A DNA stretch of 64,000 bases from Tubulanus polymorphus (taxonomy: Eukaryota; Animalia; Nemertea): the NCBI RefSeq assembly GCF_964204645.1, contig NC_134034.1:5492914-5556913 (forward strand). The letters run 5' to 3'. The position numbers and the translations under genes were made by a program. The notes beneath the pieces were generated by a model, which saw only the letters and a program-made list of their open reading frames with translations, searched no databases and was not told the DNA's origin. Positions 60,701 through 64,000 of the stretch are shown here, one piece after another. The stretch's first letter is position 1. Every line of letters begins with the position of its first letter.

Positions 60701-63455
60701 AGACAACAGCTGCTTCTACGAACTGCTATTTCACTGTCTGTTCTTTTTGTTTGTCCCCTAAAGAAAAATATATGTGATGCACGAGGTGTCGCCAGGTCCT
60801 CGATTGAGGTAAAGCCAGGATCTGAAACGTTATCTCGTATTTATTTACTCAAAAAAGATTATTGAATATGCTTAATATGCTTTTTTAAACTTTGTTTGAG
60901 TATTCGTTCATTCGTTATTTCGTATGGCAGTCCTTTATATAGGTTAGACATGACGTGGAGAGTAGATTATAAGTTTAGAACCCACTGAATACAAATTTGA
61001 AATAGTTGATATTAAATCTATTTCCTTAGACTTAAAACTGAGGGCACGGCGTTCCGGACTCTGTGAGTGATTAATTTAATTCTAGATTCGTATATAGTGG
61101 GTTTTAACTGAAGACAGCCCCTTCCTTGTTCATACATTTGTATCCATTTTCAATTTACAATACGTTATGAATCAAATCATTCATTTAACTCAATGGCACT
61201 AATACATGAATCTACGTGTTTTTCAGATGTGGCATGGAACTGGAAAGTCTTGGTATATACCGATAGGGCTACATGAATTGATAGAAGCATCCGCGTTTCA
61301 TTATTGGAGTACAGTTGACGCACCTGGTGACTAATGGGTATTCATGGATATTCTAAAAGATTTGTACATATATACATAATAACTGCCAATAAACATTTAA
61401 GAATTACTATAGAATGAAATGCTTTTTTCTTTATTTATTGCTGATGAACGTAAAAATCACGATGTATGCATGATTCTTTTCTGCAAAGTGTGAAACGCGG
61501 ATACTTTGCTGCATGACCATCGTAGGAGTAGGTCGATGTAGTCTACTGGTTTGACTTCCTGGGGTCGGTTGGTAGGACCTCGGTTACTAAGCCACCTGGG
61601 ATGAAGCCAGACACATGTCTGGTTTGATCCTCACTAATCTATTAATCCCAATACAGAAACTGTTTACTGCTTCACTGTGCCTACCTGCCGACAATATTCA
61701 TTTCTTGAAATGTTTGTTCTCATTATTTCCATGTCGTTAAACTATAGACTATAGACTTATATAATCGATACGATTTTCAGCCCAGGTTGCAATGAAAATG
61801 TGGTATCTACTGAATGTTTTATCTTGTTTCTACAAAAAAAAGTTGAAATGGACATAAAACGGGTTAACTGTCTCTAATCAGGGAAGGTGGACCTCTCTGC
61901 CCTAATCTACACTGATCGGATTATATTCGGCCGAAATTCTACGAGAGAGATTTGTATAAACCGATATTCTTACTTGGCATCGTCTCTGAATTGAGATTTA
62001 CACTACGTTCTGGGTCATTTGTTGATTTTTCCAAAAGAATGGTTTCTAAGCTATCAACATCTGGATTGATTCGCTATGAGTTCAAAGGAAACGAACACAA
62101 AAAATTCCAATCCGTGATGTATTTTTAGATGACTGGGTTGTTTTTTCTTGTTTGTCTCTATTATATGTAATTGCAACTGCTGGTGGAGTTACTGTAAAGT
62201 TCGGCATGTAATCGGGCACAATTATTTCCAAGGTTTGAAAATCTAACCGGGCACCTTTGAGTGATTTCTAGATGGACTTAATTAACGTTTTCGCTATATC
62301 CTAATGGTCATAATCGGGAATAGATTTTAGTGTGGGATTTCATATGAATTATCTATATTCAAACACAGATCACAGATTGATTCAACATTCACAGGTATTG
62401 AATCATAAATTATTAAATGATTTCAGAAATTCCACCTAAATTGAGTTGAGGTAGGTAAAAGGTGGAATTATCAGGCATTATAAGAAAGGAAGAAATGCGA
62501 AGAACCTGCTCGATGGATACACCTGCGCTTATAGCATACGTTATACCTGACGGTAATTTCACCAATTAGAGAACTCTTAAATCGAAAACAGATGCCGACA
62601 GTCAGTTCGCACTCTCACCTACCCATATAGATCACTAGAAAATACCATGAAATAACAGCATCATCGCATCCACAGCTCGCTAGTTATAAATACTCGTAAC
62701 ATATACGTAGCCAACGCATCAGTCATAAGTATATAGGAAGGAAAGTCAATTTGATTTATTGTGTGAATGGCCAGCTTATTTTGGCATAGGTTGGAATTAT
62801 ATGCAATATGGATTCAAAATATCTATGTATATTTCCACTTAGATATGTAGTTTTTTTAAGTTCATCTAACTCGTTGATAACCCTAAAGTAACAGAATGTA
62901 CAATCTGTTATTTAATTCAATTGTATTGGTTTGATCGCATTATCATAATTTACAGCTCAGAAGTCTTCGAAACTATACATTCTCGTTCTAAAATATTTGA
63001 AATGACTCAATAATTCGTTAATAAAATTCACCCGGCTTGCCGCACTACGTTACAATAAACAGTAAACCATTTCGATTAGTTTAATACTTTTAGTTCAGTT
63101 GTTTCCGCGATCCTCAGCCCAACACAAAATACCTCCCACTTGGACTGTAGTGATAGTTCCCATGAAATTTGAAAATTACAACTACGGCGGGAATATTCAA
63201 CGCTTGATAGTCTTCGTTCGTTTGCGCTGGTTTTCTCGAATTACACGACAGCGTGTCAAATATCACCATAGACGTACGTTCATGATATCGCTAAATAACG
63301 ACTGTGAGTAGACATCTCGGTGCCGCTCAAATGTAGACTTAAATTCCCCTGCACCAAAAATGATTTCTTTTTGCGTGTAAATTGTTGATATAAAGTTTTC
63401 TTGTTTGACCGATCCAACGTGCTGAGAGGTACTCCCGCTCTAGACAATCAGGACA

Positions 63456-63668
63456 ATGAGGAGAGAATCCCACAATGATAATAAAAAGTCCGAACGAGAT
63501 AGTAGTTTATTTCAAATTATTATTCATTATTCCTGAAGATGACTATTAGGATATAGTCGAAACGTTGAAATAAACTACTATCTCGAAGTTTCATTTTCGG
63601 ACTTTTTATTATCATTGTGGGATTCTCTCCTCATCGCGTCAACACGGATATAGTGTTCTACCAATCGT
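63456..63668 (+). mobile_element. Short Penelope-like (PLE) insertion: inverted partial pLTR + pLTR + tail, flanked by a 13-bp TSD
   Basis: 63456-63515 is inverted at 63565-63634 (with a 10-nt indel). Direct repeat AATCAGGACAATG at 63446-63458 and 63669-63681. Internal hammerhead core and AATAAA. Confidence 0.75.
63530..63569 (+). ncRNA. Minimal type I hammerhead ribozyme motif (PLE type)
   Basis: TTC-CTGAAGA-T-GACTAT-taggat-ATAGTC-GAAA-CG-TT-GAA: core CUGANGA and GAAA, 6-bp stem II, 3-bp stem I and palindromic AACGTT stem III. Confidence 0.7.
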
Positions 63669-64000
63669 AATCAGGACAATGTATACCCATCAATTTACTT
63701 CAACAAGGAAATGAAACATTTACATGTATGTAGAAATAGATTTCATGTTTTTATTACAACAAAAACCTCGGAATAAATTCTATACATATACAGAGCAGGT
63801 ATGATTGATAATATGCGACGTGCGACGTTGAAGAATTCATTCAGTATCCGGTAATTTTCGATTAGTTTGCTCGCTTCGGCCATTACCGCCTTTTTGGAAT
63901 ACTTATCAATGAATCCTGTAAATACAAAGAATGATATTCATTAGAAAATGAGAAATGAAAATGCAGCGGCAATTTTTCCGCGGTTTAGAGTTAGATCAAA

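Noticed and set aside
5145-63311. Numerous 60-160 aa ORFs in the track
   Set aside because: They are antisense or alternate frames of real exons, or lie within repeats, with no recognisable motifs.
55400-64000. Muscle microRNAs (miR-1/miR-133) near twist
   Set aside because: I could not find the mature sequences on either strand by eye.

Overview
AT-rich, intron-containing invertebrate genomic DNA (probably a lophotrochozoan; this is an inference), not a prokaryotic locus. Host genes: an intronless class A peptide-receptor-like GPCR (3939-5051), a 3-exon GPI-anchored Ly6/three-finger protein (7526-10337), SNRPC/U1-C (6 coding exons, minus strand) arranged head-to-head with TEX10/Ipi1 (14 coding exons, 22609-52337), and twist (54712-55353). 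The left edge holds a decayed, very AT-rich Polinton/adintovirus-type element. It has a protein-primed PolB with Zn fingers, a putative OTU-like protease and an EndoVII-like insert, plus a small putative OB-fold ORF. Both of its ORFs are preceded by the same palindromic upstream motif, and a 137-nt imperfect hairpin borders it. One TEX10 intron holds a three-level nest: a Helentron-like repeat, then an L2/CR1-type LINE, then a full-length DIRS retrotransposon with intact ITR/ICR architecture. At the right edge is a short Penelope-type insertion with a minimal hammerhead ribozyme and a 13-bp target-site duplication; another copy of it interrupts the PolB gene at position 1. Many MITEs, HINE-like repeats and SINE/LINE fragments fill the introns. 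All calls come from reading the sequence and motifs; no database searches were run.
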